Shown piece after piece: positions 1 through 13,220 of a DNA stretch of 64,000 bases. The translations under genes and the position numbers were made by a program. The notes beneath the pieces were generated by a model. That model saw nothing but the letters and a program-made list of their open reading frames with translations, had not been told where the DNA came from and made no database searches. The stretch lies in NCBI RefSeq assembly GCF_009914755.1, contig NC_060933.1. One strand, given 5' to 3'. Each line of letters starts with the position of its first letter. The stretch's first letter is position 1. The DNA comes from the human T2T-CHM13v2.0 reference genome, Homo sapiens.

Positions 1-1253
1 TAGCTGTTACATTTGCATTTGAATTTCAAAACCCATTATCTTAAATGCAGAGAGAAGCCAGAGAACTCAGATAGGTTTGCTCTATCATTAGGCAATATTG
101 GAAAGAACCATTCCTGCACTATTGAGTCTATATTTTCTTACTCTTTCTCAATAATTTTAAGAATTAATTACTTTGGTTTCCAGTCTCTAAGTAGCCTTTA
201 AAGGCTCACATTTCTCAGGTTTTCATGCTCCCAAAGGTTGATTTTGATAGGGTCTTTGTTACTGTGGATGCTTTGTTATAAAGATCAAAGCAGTTTAAAC
301 CATGTTAATAGGATCAATCTAAAATGTGGACTAAGATGTTAATATTAACAGAGCAAGTCCTAGTGAATGGGATAACTATAATAATAGTAGTACTAAAGCA
401 TGCCAGGCACTTATTATTTTATGTCCATTTAAAAAATAAGAACAAAGAGACCTAGGCAAAGAGAGGATGCCTGCTTTGCCCAAAGACCAAATTGGGTTTC
501 AAGTTCAGGCCCTCAAAATCTGAGCTTTTAGTCATTACACTAAACAAGTAAGAAAGAGTTCCTTCCTCAAAATAACTCCTTTGTAGATGGGGATAGATAA
601 TGTTCCCATCTAGTAGAAGAAAGGAGAAAAATTCAATGAAGAGCCATATTAGGTGTTGAAATAACCAACATTTTTAAATCATTTTTACAATTTTTGAGGG
701 ACTTTCAATTATGACCTCACTTGATTTTTTGACATCTGTTCTGCACATTCCAAAAGCACTTAAGGCTTATTCACTGCCACAAAATAGCTTACCTCTGTAA
801 TACTAAGTAACATGATCAGCATCTTCATCTTAACAGCATTCTCCTTGGGAACATAAACACAACACTACTGAAAGTAACACAAGTGAATTTTACTCCAGCT
901 TACATTTTAGTTCTTAGATCTCTGAGCTCTCCACTTATATTCTGTTATCTACTGCTTTTCTCTGTGACCCACAGTGTGGATTTGAAGATGACTGGCCAAT
1001 GCATTGGGAATGAGACATGTCAGAGTCAAGTAAATAAAATAACAGAACAGAACAAAAGTAGGAAGACAATATGCCCAGTAAGTTAAAAAGTCAAAGATTT
1101 TGCAGTGAGCATAAACAGAGCCCTCAGGGGATGTGGCTTAGCAAAGAGAAAACAAATAACAAGGCACAGTCCATGGGAGACTGGACCAACATCTAGACAT
1201 GACACTGTGGACACAGAATGTAGACTTCTGACTGGATTTAGAATTACCAATTG

Positions 1254-1754
1254 CGTGATCATTAAATTTATGAGTCAATTTTGCTGGGCTAGGATACCCT
1301 GTTGTTTAGTCAAACACTAGTCTAGATGTTGCTGGGGAAAATATTTTTAGATGTGATTTGCATTTAAGTCAGTAGACCTGGAGTAAAGCAGATTACTCTT
1401 TATAATGTGGATGGATCCTATCCAATCAGTTGAAGGCCTTAAAAGCAAAGACTGAAATTTCCCAGAAAAAAAAAAAATCTCCTCAAGATTGAACATAGAA
1501 ACTTTGCCTGAGTTTCCAGCCTACAACCCTGAAGAATTAGACTCAAGGCCTCAACATCAACTCTTTACTAAATTTCCAGGCTGTCAATCTGCCTATGGAT
1601 TTTAGACTTGCCAGCCCCCATAATCACAGAAGCCAATTTCTTAAAGCAATCTGAGTGTGTCTCTGTCTCATTATTTCTCTCAATATAGAGATGGATATAG
1701 ACATATAAATGTATCCTATTGGTTTCATTTCTCTGGAAAACCTTAATTAATACA
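1254..1754 (+). mobile_element. MLT2D-like ERVL solo LTR
   Basis: Begins (c)gtgatcattaaatttatgagtcaa..., contains atccaatcagttgaaggccttaa, ends tcctattggtttcatttctctggaaaaccttaattaataca, as in MLT2 consensus. Confidence 0.85.
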
Positions 1755-1779
1755 ATTTATCAACCTCATAATTTCATGT

Positions 1780-1915
1780 ATGTTATTTAACTTTCCTGAG
1801 ACTTACTTTCCCCATTTTACAATAGGCAAATAATACTTAATTTACATAGGATGGCGACAAGCACCCTACTTGTGCCTAGCACAAGTAATAATCAATAAAT
1901 AATAGCTGTTATTAC
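1780..1915 (+). mobile_element. MIR fragment
   Basis: gttatttaactttcctgagacttactttccccattttacaatagg core and gcctagcaca...caataaataatagctgttatta 3' end. Confidence 0.6.
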
Positions 1916-2112
1916 TTTTTTATTGTGTTTATTTAAGGTATATAGCATGATGTTATGGGATACATATAGATATCTGTTACTTGGTATTCTTTGACCTTAA
2001 TCTCCCCATTTTTCTCCATTCTTCACCCTGCCTCTGGTAACAAATATTTTGTTCTCTATCTCTGTATATTTCAAATTTGTTTTAGATTCCATATGTAAAT
2101 GATCATGCAATA
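1916..2112 (-). mobile_element. Old L1 3' end (L1MA9/10-like)
   Basis: ttatttaaggtatatagcatgatgttatgggatacatatag and ctctatctctgtatatttcaaatttgttttagattccatatgtaaatgatcatgca match antisense L1MA 3' UTR. Confidence 0.7.
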
Positions 2113-2584
2113 AAGATAGTCCCTCCCTTACAGTGTTTTGATTTGCGGTTGTTTGACTTTACAGTGATAAGAAAGTAATATGCATTCAGTATAAACCACA
2201 CATAAAATTTCGAATTTTGATGTTTTCCTGGGATACCAATATGGTGCATGATATTCTCTGGCAATTCTGGGCACTGGCAATGAACTTCAGCCCCCAGTCA
2301 GGCACATAATCATGAGTAGCAGTACACTGATACTCTACAATATACTGTGTTACCAGGTTAGTATTTTTGGTATTGTGCTTTGTGTTTTCACATCCCATCA
2401 TGTCTACAAAATGCTTATCCGTGTCTAGGTTTATGTAAGTGTTCTGAGCACATTTAAGATGTGGCTAGGCTAAACTATGATGTTCTGCAGGATATGTGTA
2501 CAAAATGCATTTTTGACTTATGACATTTTCAACTTAAAATAAGTTTATTGAAATGTAACCCCATTGTAAGTCAAGGATCATCTG
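2113..2584 (-). mobile_element. MER47/Tigger5-family non-autonomous TcMar DNA transposon
   Basis: TA flanks; right end taaccccattgtaagtcaaggatcatctg is the reverse complement of the MER47 terminus cagatgctcctcgacttacgatggggtta. Confidence 0.8.
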
Positions 2585-5500
2585 TATAATCATCCCACTC
2601 TCTTTTGATTACCATTTTCATGGTTTCTTTTGATTACCATTTTCATCTTTTTACAACCTTCACTTTCAGCCTAGTTGTGTCCTAAAAGCTTAAGTGAGTC
2701 TCTTGTAGGCAGAATATGATTGAATCTTTTTCTTTATGCATTCAGCCACTATCTTGATTGGATAATTTAATCTAATTACATTCAAGTTTATTATTGATAG
2801 GTAAGGACTTACTACTGCCATTTTATTATTTCTTTTCTAGTTATTTTGTATCTCCTTTATTTCTTTCTTCCTCTTTTGTCTACCTTTGTGATTTGAAAAT
2901 TTTCTGTAGTGCCAAGTTTTGATTCCTTTCTTTTTATCGTTTGTATATTGGCTGTAGTTTTTTGTTTTGTGGTTGCCATAAGACTTATATAAAACATCCT
3001 ATAGTTACAATCAACAATTTTAAGTTGATTATTAACCTCTATTATATGCAAAACTGTAAACATTTTACACTTCCTTCACAATTTATGTTTTTGACGTCAC
3101 AATTTACATTATTTTACATTGTGCATTCCTTCACAACTTATTGTAGCTTTAATTATGTATGACCATTTTAACTTTCAACCTTCATGCTAGAGATACGTAT
3201 GATTTATACACAACCATTATAGTATTGGAGTACTCTGGATTTGACTATGGATTTAACTCTGCTAGTGAGTTTTACACTTTCATATGTGTTCATGAGAGTA
3301 ATTACCATCCTTTCATTTCTACCTGAATAACTCCCTTAAGTATTTCTTGTAGGGCAGGTCTATTGGCATTAAATTCCTTTAGCTTTTGTTTGTCTGGGGA
3401 AGACTTTATTATCCATTTTAGATGGAAAATTTGCTGATATAGTATTCTTGACTGACGGGTTTTTTTGTTTGTTTGTTTGGCACTTTGAACATATCATCTT
3501 ATTCTCTTCTAGCCTGCAAGGTTTCTACTGAGCAATCTGCTGACAGTCTAATGTGGATTCCTTCATATGTGACTTGCTGCTTTTAAAGTTATCTCTTTGT
3601 CTTTGGCTTTTCAAGTTTAATTATAATGTTCTTTGGAGAGTACCTCTATGAGTCATATCTTTTGGGGAACCTTTGAGATTAATGGATCTGGATGTCCATA
3701 TCTCTCCAAAAACTTAGGAAGTTTACAGCAATTATTTTATTAAATAAGCTTTTTGTTCCTTTCTCTGTCTTTTCTTCTTGTTAAATTTTAATAATGAAAA
3801 TGTTATCTTAAAGCCGCCCACACTTCTCCTAAGCCATCTTCACTCTTTTTCATCTTTTTTCTTGTTGAGTCATGTCAAAAGACCTATCTTTGAGTTCACA
3901 GATTATTTCTATGATCTAGTCTGATGTAGTCTGCTGTCAAAGCTCTCTACGATATTTTTCATTTCATTGATTGAATTCTTCATCTCCAAGATTTCTGTTT
4001 GGTTCTCTTTTATGGTTTCTATCTCTTCATTGAATAACTCATTCAGATAGCAAATTATTTTCCTGGTTTCATCAAATTATCTGTCTGTATTTTCTTGTAT
4101 CTCACTGAATTCCCTTAAGAATTACATTAAATTGTTGGGGTGGGAGGGCAATTTATAAATTTCCATTTCTTTGTGGTCAGTTACTGAAGAGCTATCGTGT
4201 ACCTTCAATGATGTCATGTTTCCTTACTTTTTCATGTTTTTTGTGTTTTGCATGGGTATCTCACAGTGTTGGCACTTCTTCCAAATTTTATAAAGTGGCT
4301 TTCATAGAGGAAGACTTCCATCTGCAGATGGGCCTGTGGGCCTGAAGGTGCGAATTGGTCAGGGTACAGTGGCTCTGGTTCTGTGTGGGCACAATGGTAT
4401 AGTCTCAATGTAGCTTCTTCAGTTATAATCAATGTCAATGAATTATGAGTGTCTCAGTTGTCTAGGCTGCAGGAATTTGTGGCAGTGGTATTGGCTGTGT
4501 AGGTTATCAAAGCAAGGGATTTAGGGATCCTCCTGTTCTTGCCTTCCCTATAGCAAAGTATCTTAACTGAGGGAATTTTTCTTGTTGTCATGTCTGACAC
4601 AACCCACAAACAGCTGCATTGGCAAAAGGATTCAGGTCATAGGTGCTCTGAGCAGCTATAGAGTTGGGTTCCTGGGCTCAGGGTCTTGTGAAACTATTGT
4701 AGCACCTAGGACTTAAGGTACAGGTTCACTTTCCAAGACAGAAATGGATGTCATTCTCCCACTAAGCTGTGGTCTATTGCACTGAGCAAACCCAAGCAGT
4801 TAGACCCCAGGGGTCTAAGATGTAGGTGTGGTTCTGACCCTGGAAGGCAGGGCAAAGCCTTGACCCAGCTCTGAGGAAGAAGGTATGATGTTCTGGATGC
4901 TCAGGCTTTGAGGAGGAGGTTCTCAGCTGCTATTTAGAACCCAAACCAGGGCATAGCAGCCAGTGCTCCAGGTGATGACATATTGCACAATGGTAACTAT
5001 GGATCTTGGGGTGGTAGGATATGGCAGTGGCCCAGGGTCTATGAGGCCAGGTGCAGTAGCAGCAAGGACCCAGGAATGTCAAGGCACTACTGTGGCTTGA
5101 TCCCTGGTGGGAGGGAAGCAGCACACCAATGACTACCTTCTCCACGGAAGTAAGGCATCTCAGCAGCTCAGACTGCAAGGGGCTAGCCCAATTGTAAATA
5201 AGCAGGATACTGTGGCTATTCAGCCTGGAGGATCTGGTGGCACAGCACAACCAAGACTCTGATTCCCTGGGATGCAAGGCACTATGTCTGATCAGCCCCA
5301 CAGAGTGTGGCTACATGGGTCAGCATATCCTCCAGACCCTTGGAATATGGTACACCTCATCAGCTGTGGCACTAAGGGGTACAGCTACTCTAGTGTGCCA
5401 GGGGCTTGAAGCCGCCAGAGGACAAGATGCTGCCTCATCCATGGTGCTGGGAGAAGAGGTTTTACTACTCTGGTATGCTGGAAGCCTGGGAACCCCAAGA

Positions 5501-6262
5501 AGGAGGGCACTGTCTTGACTGTAGTATGAGGTGCACAACTACTCTGGTGTACGGGTGGCCTGAGGATCCTAGGGGCAGGACACAACTTCAGCTCATCTCT
5601 AAGGAGAGGGCTACATCAGCAACTAGAATGGGGGGGATGGAGCAGCTCTGTTATAGCTTGGCCCTAGTGGGGCAGGAAATAGCAATGGCTCTGCTAGGGG
5701 ATGGCAAGCTACAGAGTGGGCATGTCACAATGGCAGCAAAGCCTCAGGGATGGACATGGGCAATGGCTACTCCTGAAGCAGGATGTTCTAGTTCCAAGAC
5801 GGCACATCACAGTAGTGGCACAGGCCTTGGAGGGACAGAGCAGTACATTGGCTTCTTCTCTGGGGTATCTCAATGTGTGGATTCTGGGGAGCTTCCTTAG
5901 CTGGGCTTAGAGCCTGTGAGGACTGCGGGAATATTTGCTAGCAAAAACTAAAGGTGTTCACAGTGGTGATGGGAGCTGTTGGGATTCTCTTGCTTACCTT
6001 TTTATGTAGGAAAGAATCCCTCCTGCTTCCAAGCTGATCCCAGCTGGGCAGGTGGGGTGGCAGAGACAAAGTGTTTTCTTCCCTTTCCTTTGTGGCCAGC
6101 CTGGGGCTAGGCTCCAGTAGATTTTTGCTACTTTTTGCTGTTCTTTGGAGCTCTCCTTTAGTTATGTTGATCAAAATGTAAGTTTTTATTTGTTATTTTG
6201 TTTTTTTTGTGGGAGGAAAAGGTACTAGAAGCTTCTAGTCAACCACTTTGCTGATGCCCTCT
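2585..6262 (-). mobile_element. Old L1M 5' portion (5'UTR, ORF1, inter-ORF, start of ORF2), decayed
   Basis: Antisense ORF2 endonuclease start (gtgagtctcttgtaggcag...ccactatcttgattgg...tacattcaag), ORF1-like 3330-4250, GC-richer 5'UTR, 5' terminus reading agagggcatcagcaaagtggttgactagaagc. Confidence 0.8.
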
Positions 6263-6539
6263 AATTTTGCCTGTGAAGGATCATTTGAAACTATCACAGT
6301 GGTTTTAAGGATAAAGTAATTACTTAAGAAGCACTTACTCCATACCTACAGCAGACTTGAATCTTGGTCAAACACTGTTATTATTGTAATGTAACTAAAT
6401 AGTGCTTTGGTGATTTATTCAGGTGAGCTTTTTTCTCAGGTGGTGAAAACTAGAAGGACATTTTCAGTATTTTAAAACTCCATTTATTTTAGTTCACTTT
6501 AATTTTCATTTCACTTTATTAGTTTAGTTCACTTTAATT

Positions 6540-6838
6540 CTGCCTCCACATCTGTAGATTCCACATTTGCAGATTTGACCAAGCATGAGTCAAAAATATT
6601 TTTAAAAAGAATAAAAAATAACACTAATAAAAGAATATAGTATAACAGCCATTTACATAGCATTTACAATAATTAGCTATGATAAGTAATCTAGATATGA
6701 TTTAAAGTATACAGGAAGTTGTTCATAGGTTATATGCAAATACTATGCCATTTTGTAGAAGGGACTTCGGCATCTGCAAATTTTGGTATCCACAGGGTGT
6801 CCTGGAATGAATATTTTGTGGATACTGAGGGACAACTG
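6540..6838 (-). mobile_element. MER2 (TcMar-Tigger) element, one end eroded
   Basis: ataggttatatgcaaatactatgccatttt...gatactgagggacaactg+TA is the reverse complement of the MER2 5' end. Confidence 0.85.
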
Positions 6839-8239
6839 TACATATGTCTTCACAGACTAAAAGATAAGGCAGAAATAGATCCAAGCTAATAAATCTGTTA
6901 GTTATACATATAATTCTTTGAGAAGAAAAAAGGGAGTAATTCATTCTTTGAGAATTCAGAAGGTAGAGTAGAGGTAAAGAAGTGTTAGAAAAAGCTGCAG
7001 AAAAGAGGCAAAATTTGATCTGGATTTTAAGAGAAGAGCTAGAGAGGACAGGGCAACCTGCAGGGCAGAAGGCGGGCATAATGGTGGCGTGCATGAGTAG
7101 GAGGGTTTTCTTGGTAGAAAACAGTATTCTCCGATCACTGTTAACAGGCCCAGTGACAGGGTGGCTTCATCCTCTTGCTAATTAAAAGTGCATCTCGTGC
7201 TCACGTTCCAGACTCATCAACAGGAAGAAAACAAGAGGCTTAGGTGAGGGCCTAAGTGTCCATGGAATTCATAAGAGGAGGGCAGCTAATATTTTACCTT
7301 TCATTTGGTCCAAGTTGTCAGACTGAAGTACCTGGAAGATTAGACATGTTAGGGATATTTAGGCAAACAAGAGCCTAGGGCTTCAGCAATCATCAAATTC
7401 TCTTCTGTGGACTTGGGGAGTGACAGCAGGTACCCAGGTTAATAAAGACCACAAAAAGAATGCTGGAGGTATTATTAAGCTTCCCCAGAAGGCGGTTTGA
7501 AACAGTCAAATGCATTTCAGAGCTTCTAGAACAGAATAAAAATAAAGAGTGCTGTAATTTAAATGTTAATATCTCATCAAGTTTTATGTATGTGAGGAAA
7601 AAGAGAGGGCAGCTCCATAGTCTCTTTTCCGGAAGCTGATAAGTAGCAGTAAACAGCTGGCTGCCCTCAACTCAAACATTTTATGCTGCCTTTGTGATCC
7701 ATCTTCTCTACCATGTGGTAACATCAAATTAGAAGAGGCAGGCTTGAGAGCTTTTTATTCTGAGGCCAGATCACAGCATGTGAAGAAACATAGTTCTGTA
7801 AAAGAATAGTGCTTCTCCAGCACCCAGGGCTGCTGATCTAGTGAGACAGGATGAGGTTATCTTGGTGTTTCCTGGCAACACGTGATGCAGTGAAGCTGTT
7901 ACTCAGGATAGAACCACCCCATCAGTGTGTATTAATTAAATGCTCAGGTAACTATGGAGGCATGTCAACATGCTTCTCAAAGAGCATTTTAAGAGCAACA
8001 ATTATTGTAGAGCAATTAGAATGCTATTGTGTGGGCAGCAAGAAAGCACTAAAGCCCACATTAAAATTTGATCACATCATATTAGAACCACATGTAGGAT
8101 GTCAATGAATGTTTTGAAGAGTGTATTGGGGGTGGGGGATTACTACTGTTAATCACGCTGTGTGTGTGAACAATATGTGTGAACTAGCATTACTAGTGAT
8201 ATCACTGGGATTACTATTACTTCTTTGTAAGGGATTAGT

Positions 8240-8455
8240 TTCTGCCAAGAACAGTTCTAGGCATTTTACTTCATTGAACCTTCACAGGACTGAGATGTAA
8301 ACTATATTGCCAATACTATTATTTGCCACATTTTTCAGATGAGGGAACTCAGATAATAAGATGTTAAGAATATCCAAGGTCACGCAGCTAATTAATGGTG
8401 GAGTTAGAATTTGAACCTAGGCCATCTGGCCTAAGAGTCTAAACTGTGACTACTA
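8240..8455 (-). mobile_element. MIR
   Basis: tttttcagatgagggaactcag...ccaaggtcacgcagctaattaatggtggagttagaatttgaacctagg core. Confidence 0.8.
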
Positions 8456-10185
8456 AGCCCTGTGTTTTCTTTCCCAGGCAGGAGAGGAAGAGGCCATTTA
8501 TCATGTGTATAAGGAGAGAAATGTCTATTCTTTTACCTCCTCTAAATATTCCCCAAAACGTATCTGCTACCTAATTTCTGATGTTAATGCTGCTTTAATA
8601 AAAGACAAAATATCTTATTTCATAAGCAAAACTAAACCTCAGGGAATATTTGCATAGTGACTAAATATAGACTAACATGTAAACAACCAATGGAGAATTG
8701 GATATCTGAGAGGATTTTCTTGGACACTAAACACCAGTATTGAGAAAGTAGCAGGTAACAGGGCTGGAATTAGCAAAGACACACTTATTGCTTAATTTTC
8801 AATATTGTCTGGGTCAGTGACGCATGCTCTTAAAATATTCTGCTCTATTTTTGCATTGTTTATATTATGCTACAAGGCTTCCTGTATGCATGTACAGCAA
8901 TGCTTTGTAGGCATAAAGTGCAACACCTTTTCCCACCAGTGGATTATTAGGGTAAGCAATATGAATGTTTTGACTCTTATGGAGAAGTGTCAAATGATGC
9001 AGCCCAAATCACCTTTTCATGTATAATCATCTCTGTTTCTGAGCTCCTATTACATGTATGTTTTATATAAATCATACTGGCACTTAATCATTTATTATTT
9101 TGAATTATAATGTTATTATTTTATGTTTATATGTCTTCTTCTCCAAGTCTAAGAGGCTAGAGTGTGTATTACAGTTTTTCATATTCTTTTCTCTGTTTAG
9201 AGAAGCTTTTTATTCAATGCAATGATTCAATGAATATTTGTTAAGATAATATTACAAAATTTCTTATTCAATCTATTGAGGATTTTTACTTTATTTGTCA
9301 CATTTTCATATGTTGAACTCTTACTGAATTCTCAAAGTCATGTTTTCTGGAAAAGCTTGTAGAACAAGGGTATGATTTGGTTTTGCCAATGTTTAAAAGA
9401 AAGCACCACTAAATCTGCCCATTTTAGGTATTTTGAAGGCAGAGGGAACAGATTTTATAGAATATTTTCATTTTTCTACTAAATGATTAATCTACTGAGA
9501 TTGTCTACTTCTTCAGTCAATATTGATGCTTTATATTGTTTTATTAAGACTTTAGTTTATAAAACTATGTTTGAAATTGAGAGAGACATACTGATATTTT
9601 GGTTGACTTTCTATATATTATTATGTTTATTATTTTTAATTTTATGTTTGTGCTTTTCCTTTTATATATTTAATGATTTTGTATTATTTACATTGATTAA
9701 AAGTATTAAAACATGTTTATTAATTCAACTGTTCTATAATTTCTTATCTTCAATTATGTTTTATTTCACCTCCTGTTCTCTTTTTATTATTGTTTTTGTT
9801 GTATGTGTTTTTTATGTTTGGGGTTGGGGTGGTAGATCAGAGTTCCTTTTCCTACATGTTAAATTTTGGTATATTAGTGGAAATCTCCCCAGTTGTTCAG
9901 GACTCCCTGAAGTTACCAGAGTAAATAGGATGTTTTTCAAAAGAAAATATTTATTAGAATTAAAAGGGCATTTTTGCTAAAAATCCATACTGTAGCTGCT
10001 CCCCACATTCCATTACCCAAAGATGCACTGAAATGTGATTATCTTTACTTTCCAACATGATCTTACTTGGTCCATTATGTGCTTTTCTTTTTTAAAATTT
10101 TTCTTTTGTTCTTTTTTTAATGCCAGTTTTTTCTTATTTGATATAGCTTAGATATTATTTAGTATCACAAAATATAGATAATACA

Positions 10186-10678
10186 TGTTGTTGGAACAAA
10201 AATTACACTAGCCAATATTAAATAGGGAAGGAAGACTTAATTCAAGGCTATTTTAAAGAGCTAGGATCAGGGAAATTGTAGGCCATCTGTGTTTGCTAAT
10301 TGGCCTTATTCAAAGGAAAAGTAAACTTTCTCATATCTTCATAACTGGAGGTAATTTTGCAAATTGGAGCAAGAAATCCACTGAATTTAGGCTCCTACCT
10401 TCTCACAAAGACTGGGACATAGGGGAATTACCTTTCTTGATGATTAAATTTTAGAGGTCTTTGAGATATTCACCAAGGGCTTTGAGAAAGATAGTACTAG
10501 GTCACAAAAGTGGCAAGAGGCTTTTTGAATGATTTACATGTCAAAGAGCAAAGAAAGAATTTACAAGTTTTCTAAATAAAATACTCCAAGAAAAGGGAGG
10601 CCAGGAACCTAGCTTCATAAAGAAGCCTGTCTAATGTTCAGTCAAGCTGAAGGGAAGTTCAAGGTTGTCTTGGTCACC
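10186..10678 (-). mobile_element. ERV1 solo LTR, MER31/MER67-like
   Basis: Minus strand begins gtgaccaagacaaccttgaacttcccttcagcttgact...; contains gccaattagcaaacacagatggcc. Confidence 0.7.
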
Positions 10679-11291
10679 GTTTTCTAAAAATTATTGTTTT
10701 TTAATTGAGAGATGCTTCAAGGGTTATATTTTCTTTTGTTTTTAACTGCTTTGCTCTTTTTTTATATTACGAATATTTTTAATTTTGCTCCAGATTACTT
10801 TTCTGTTTGCTAATTGGTTCTTTTAGAAAGAATTATACATGTGCTTTCTAAACGATGATGTTATAATTATTTTAATAAGACATAGGAGAAGGAAATACTC
10901 TTAACTAAGCCACCATCCCAGAAAGAACCATGTTTATGTTTTTAAGTATACTCTACAACTGAGTCATAAACTTCTGAATATCTGTATGCCTACCTTAATT
11001 TTTAATGTAATTATTTATTTTAAGTCTTTCTCAATATCTGGCAATAAGCCTGGTATACAGCAGGTACGAAATATATTTTAATGGAATCAATAAATTCTAC
11101 AATCCAAGAGAAGAGATAAAAATCGGGCAAATGGGATGGAGATCTTTTTCCTTATCCTTTATTTATTGAGGTGCATGAAATGTCCATTATCCTTATTTCT
11201 GATAAACTGGCAAATTCTGTGACTCCCAATTTTCCTTCAAAGAAAAAGTGACAGAAAATCAAATGATTTCACTGGTGCTAGCATATCTGGG

Positions 11292-11650
11292 TGTATTAGT
11301 CCGTTTTAATGCTGCTGATAAAGACATACCCAAGACTGGGTAATTCATAAAGAGAAAGGTTTAATGGACTCACAGTTCCATGTAGCTGGGGATGCTCACC
11401 ATCATGGTGGAAGTCAAAACGCACATCTTACATGACAGCAGGCAAGATAAAATGAGAGCCAAGCAAAAGGGGAAACCCCCTATAAAACCATGAGCTCTTG
11501 TGAGACTTATTCACTACCATGAGAACAGTATGGAGGAAATCATCCGCATGATTCAATTACCACCCACAGAGTTCCTCCCACAACACATGGGAATTATGGG
11601 AGCTACAATTCAAGATGAGATTTGGGTGGGCACACAGCCAAACCATATCA
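11292..11650 (-). mobile_element. THE1B-type MaLR 3' LTR
   Basis: tgtattagtccgttttaatgctgctgataaagacataccc ... cagccaaaccatatca; left TSD ctggg at 11287-11291. Confidence 0.95.
11549..11559 (-). promoter_or_regulatory. DUX4-type motif TAATTGAATCA in THE1 3' LTR
   Basis: Exact tgattcaatta on the plus strand; THE1 LTRs are established DUX4 targets; activity at this copy untested. Confidence 0.55.
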
Positions 11651-13220
11651 TTCTGCCCCTGGCCCCTCCAAAATCTCATGTCCTCACATATAAAAACCAA
11701 CCATGCCTTCCCAACAGTCCCCTAAAGTCTTAACTCATTTCAGGGTTAACTCAAAAGTCCACAGTCCAAAGTGTCATATGAGACAAGGCAAGTCCCTTCT
11801 GCCTATAAGCCTGTAAAATCAAAAGCAAGTTTGTTACTACCTAGATACAATAAGGATCCAGGCATTAGATAAATACCCCCACTCCAAATGGGAAAAACTG
11901 GCCAAAACAAAAGAGCTAAAGACCCCATGCAAATCCAAAATCCAGCAGGTAAGTCAAATCTTAAAGTCTCGAAATGATCTCCTTTGACTCCATGTCTCAC
12001 ATGCAGGCCATGCTGATGCAAGAGGTGGGTTCCCATGGTCTTGGGCAGCTCCACCCCTGTGGCTTTGCAGGTACAGCCTCCCTCCTGGCTGCTTTCATGG
12101 GCTGGTGTTGAGTGTCTGTGGCTTTTCCAGGAGCATGGTGCAAGCTGTCAGTGGATCTACCATTCTGGAGGACAGTGGCTGTCTTCTCACAGCTCCACTA
12201 GGCAGTACCCCAGTAGAGACTCTGTGTTGGGGCTCTGACCCCACATTTCCCTTCTGCACTGCCCTAGCACAGGTTCTCAATGAGGGCTCAGCCCCTGCAG
12301 CAAACTTCTGCCTGGACATCCAGGCATTTCCATACATCCTCTGAAATCCAGGCAGAGGTTCCCAAACCTTAATTCTTGACTACTGTGCACCCACAGGCTC
12401 AAAACCACATGGAAGCTGCCAAGACTTGGGGCTTGCACACTCTGAAGCATGACCAGAGCTGTACCTTGGCTCCATTTAGCCATGGTTAGAGCAGCTGGGA
12501 CACAGGGCACCAAGTCACTATGATGCACACAGCAGGAAGGCCCTGGGCCCAGCCCACAAAACCATTTTTTCCTGCCAGTCTTCTGGACCTGTGATGGGAG
12601 GGGCTGTCACAAAGGTCTTTCACATGCTCTGGAGACATTTCCCCCATTGTCTTGGTGATTAACATTTGGCTCGTAGTTACTTATACAAATATATGTAGCT
12701 GTCTTGAATTTTTCCTCAGAAAATGGGTTTTTCTTTTCTGTCACATCATCAGGTGCAAATTTTCTGACTTTTTTGCTCCGTTTCCCTTTTAAAACTGAAT
12801 GCTTTTAACAGCACCCAAGTCACTTCTTGAATGCTTTGCTGCTTAGAAATTTCTTCCACCAGATACCCTAAATCATCTCTCTCAAGTTCAGGGTTCCACA
12901 AATATCTAGGGCAGGGGCAAAATGTCAGTAGTCTCATCTCTGAAACATAACAAGAGTCACCTTTACTATAGTTCCCAACAAGTCCCTCATCTCCATCTGA
13001 GACCACCTCAGCCTGGATTTCATTGTCCATATCATTATTAGCATTTTGGTCAAAGCCATTCAACAAGTCTCTATGCAGTTCCAAACTTTCCCACATTTTC
13101 CTGTCTTCTTCAGAGCCCTCCAAACTCTTCCAACATCTCCTTGTTACTCAGTTCCAAAGCTGCTTCCACATTTTCAGGTATCTTTACAGCAGTGTCCCAC
13201 CCTACTGGTACCAATTTTTT
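11651..13220 (-). mobile_element. THE1 internal region (full length ~1.57 kb) with disrupted MaLR ORF
   Basis: Lies between two LTRs; ORF fragments MEGSEEDRKMWESLEL...SKGDSCY (12749-13123) and MYGNAWMSRQKFAAG match the MaLR internal ORF, broken by stops and frameshifts. Confidence 0.93.

Noticed and set aside
4930-5910. Cluster of 60-164 aa ORFs
   Set aside because: Inside the decayed GC-rich 5'UTR of an old L1M
9483-9980. 165-aa hydrophobic ORF resembling a membrane protein
   Set aside because: F/I/L/Y bias simply reflects T-rich low-complexity DNA; no family motif or exon structure
12035-13123. Domesticated MaLR gene
   Set aside because: The internal ORF is fragmented across frames, as in ordinary THE1 copies
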